Shown here: one piece after another, positions 25,863 to 27,201 of the stretch
How the letters are laid out: every line of letters starts with the position of its first letter
Numbering within the stretch: the stretch's first letter is position 1
Source of the DNA: Anaerolineae bacterium
GTDB taxonomy: Bacteria; Chloroflexota; Anaerolineae; B4-G1; SLSP01
Length of the DNA stretch: 27,201 nt
Reading direction: 5' to 3'
NCBI GenBank assembly: GCA_021107605.1
Contig: JAIOSN010000031.1
Span: 1-27,201 of the forward strand
Program-made: the position numbers and the translations under genes
Notes under the pieces: model-generated
Databases searched by the model: none
The model's input: the letters and a program-made list of their open reading frames with translations, nothing else
Told to the model about the DNA's origin: nothing

Positions 25863-25890
25863 TTTGCGTTAATTCGCGCCATTCGCGGTT
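25863..25890. repeat. 9-bp-period short repeat (TTTGCGTTA ATTCGCGCC ATTCGCGGT)
   Basis: Directly visible, about 20 bp past the stop at 25911. Confidence 0.5.
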
Positions 25891-25910
25891 GATTTTGACT
25901 TGACCAACGG

Positions 25911-27201
25911 TTAGAAATCCACCAACCGCCGCCAGAGCGGACGCGCATATTGATAGATCATCAATAGCGCGATAAGCAACAAATCACCAGACAATACAGT
26001 CACCCCGCCCATCAAAATCTCCTTGCTGGCCAGCCAATAAATCCCCCCTGGGAAGAGATATTCGCCGCCACTTACTACTAAAATGTATCCCAGTAAGCTG
26101 CCAATTCCTCCCCACAACCCTACCCGCAGGGCTACAACGTACTTCAGCTGCCGCGAAAGCGCACTGGCAAGTCCCAGCAAGCCGATACTCAGCCATCCTA
26201 ACAAACCCCAAACCAATAGGTAAGCACGACGTGGGACAGGCAAATATAATGGCGCCGGCAATCTAGGAAGTGGCTCTGGCATTAAGGTAGGTTCAGGCCC
26301 GGCAGCGGCTTCCAGCGTAGGCGTGGTAGAGATCATAATCACGGATTGCCCCACACGGATGGTGAGCTGTAGATGAAAGAAAGGTGCCACTAAACCTGAT
26401 CTCACAGTGATATCCAATTGCCCCACCCTATCTAGGGTGATCGGGATGAAAGCTGCGCCGTCTTCCGTCTCTGCCGAGATTATCTCGGTCCGATTCTCCT
26501 GTGGATAGGTAAGGATAAATTCAACCGCAGTACCATCGGGAACAGGTAGCCCATTATGATCTACAATGATACTAGTACGCAAGTAGATCACATCATCTTT
26601 GCGAATACCATGTTTTTCTTCCAGGGTCATCTCTTGCCCACCTTCCGTCACCACGGAGAGAGAGATTATCTGTTCTGCCGTGGGTCTGGTTTGCAACGCG
26701 AGATCGTAGTTCAATGCGGGGATGGAAAGAGGAGAATTCCCCCTAGCTGGCAGATCCCCAAAGAGTGCTCGCACCCCAGCCTGCACAAAAGCCTCACCAG
26801 GGCTGTAAAGCGCATAATAGAGGGACAATTTACTAACATCAGTGCTGTCCAAGCCATAAGGAGCACCAAAATTCAACACCACCAGCTCCCCAGTTAGTAA
26901 TTGTGCTTCCTGCTCTAAAAACTTTCCCAGAGCCGCAGCTTCGGGCGACTCCATGCTTAGATCGGTGACAGCAAAAATAATCCAGTGGGCCTCTCGCAAA
27001 GCGATGTGCAAAGCAGACAGCTCTTCCTCTACTTCATTTCCCGCCCCCACCGGCGCTACGAGCGGTCTCTCCAGAGCCACAAGTAACTCGTGAAAGGTGA
27101 ACTGTTGCACTGCTCCGGCCGCAACTTGATCTGTACCCTGCGCACCATAGAATAGCTGCAACGCCTGCCCTACACTATCCGCCGGCAGGGTAAGCCGCGC
27201 C
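25911..27201 (-). CDS. C-terminal part of a membrane-anchored protein, probably GH3 (beta-N-acetylhexosaminidase-like); 5' end outside the window
   Basis: The frame is open to the edge (ARLTLPADSVGQALQLFYG...). LVVLNFGAPYGLD..LYYALYS resembles a GH3 C-terminal domain; an Ig-like segment, Pro-rich linker and about 3 TM helices follow. The catalytic domain is not visible. Confidence 0.6.
   Translation of the reverse strand, partial: ARLTLPADSVGQALQLFYGAQGTDQVAAGAVQQFTFHELLVALERPLVAPVGAGNEVEEELSALHIALREAHWIIFAVTDLSMESPEAAALGKFLEQEAQLLTGELVVLNFGAPYGLDSTDVSKLSLYYALYSPGEAFVQAGVRALFGDLPARGNSPLSIPALNYDLALQTRPTAEQIISLSVVTEGGQEMTLEEKHGIRKDDVIYLRTSIIVDHNGLPVPDGTAVEFILTYPQENRTEIISAETEDGAAFIPITLDRVGQLDITVRSGLVAPFFHLQLTIRVGQSVIMISTTPTLEAAAGPEPTLMPEPLPRLPAPLYLPVPRRAYLLVWGLLGWLSIGLLGLASALSRQLKYVVALRVGLWGGIGSLLGYILVVSGGEYLFPGGIYWLASKEILMGGVTVLSGDLLLIALLMIYQYARPLWRRLVDF

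Noticed and set aside
1-27201. CRISPR array, rRNA, tRNA, transposase, integrase or phage genes
   Set aside because: No repeat-spacer pattern or recognisable motifs were seen; intergenic gaps are short.

Overview
A ~27 kb window, most likely from a Chloroflexota (Anaerolineae-like) genome. The lineage call is an inference from the YLPLLLK motif, the FHA-wHTH/kinase/GH3-like neighbourhood and the repeat types. Almost everything is on the minus strand and forms a cell-surface glycan locus. In transcription order: a 1457-aa secreted multidomain protein; an LbH acyltransferase, a membrane GT2 and an HpnJ-like B12 radical SAM enzyme; a 913-aa membrane-anchored Asp-box (BNR) protein; then a compact cassette (carrier protein, adenylation enzyme, AsnB amidotransferase, PrmC-like methyltransferase, NadE-like amidoligase, SGNH-like protein, AT3 acyltransferase); a second BNR protein; wzm (carrying a frameshift) and wzt; and a polysaccharide pyruvyl transferase that runs off the left edge and is missing from the ORF track. 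The right end holds a divergent FHA-wHTH regulator and Ser/Thr kinase, plus the C-terminal part of a GH3-like membrane protein. Module junctions carry a small MITE-like element, REP-like palindromes and short periodic repeats. The most interesting candidate is the carrier-protein cassette. It looks like a Dlt-analogous pathway that builds an amidated/N-methylated aminoacyl group on a carrier protein and transfers it onto an exported glycan. This is an inference, not a demonstrated function.
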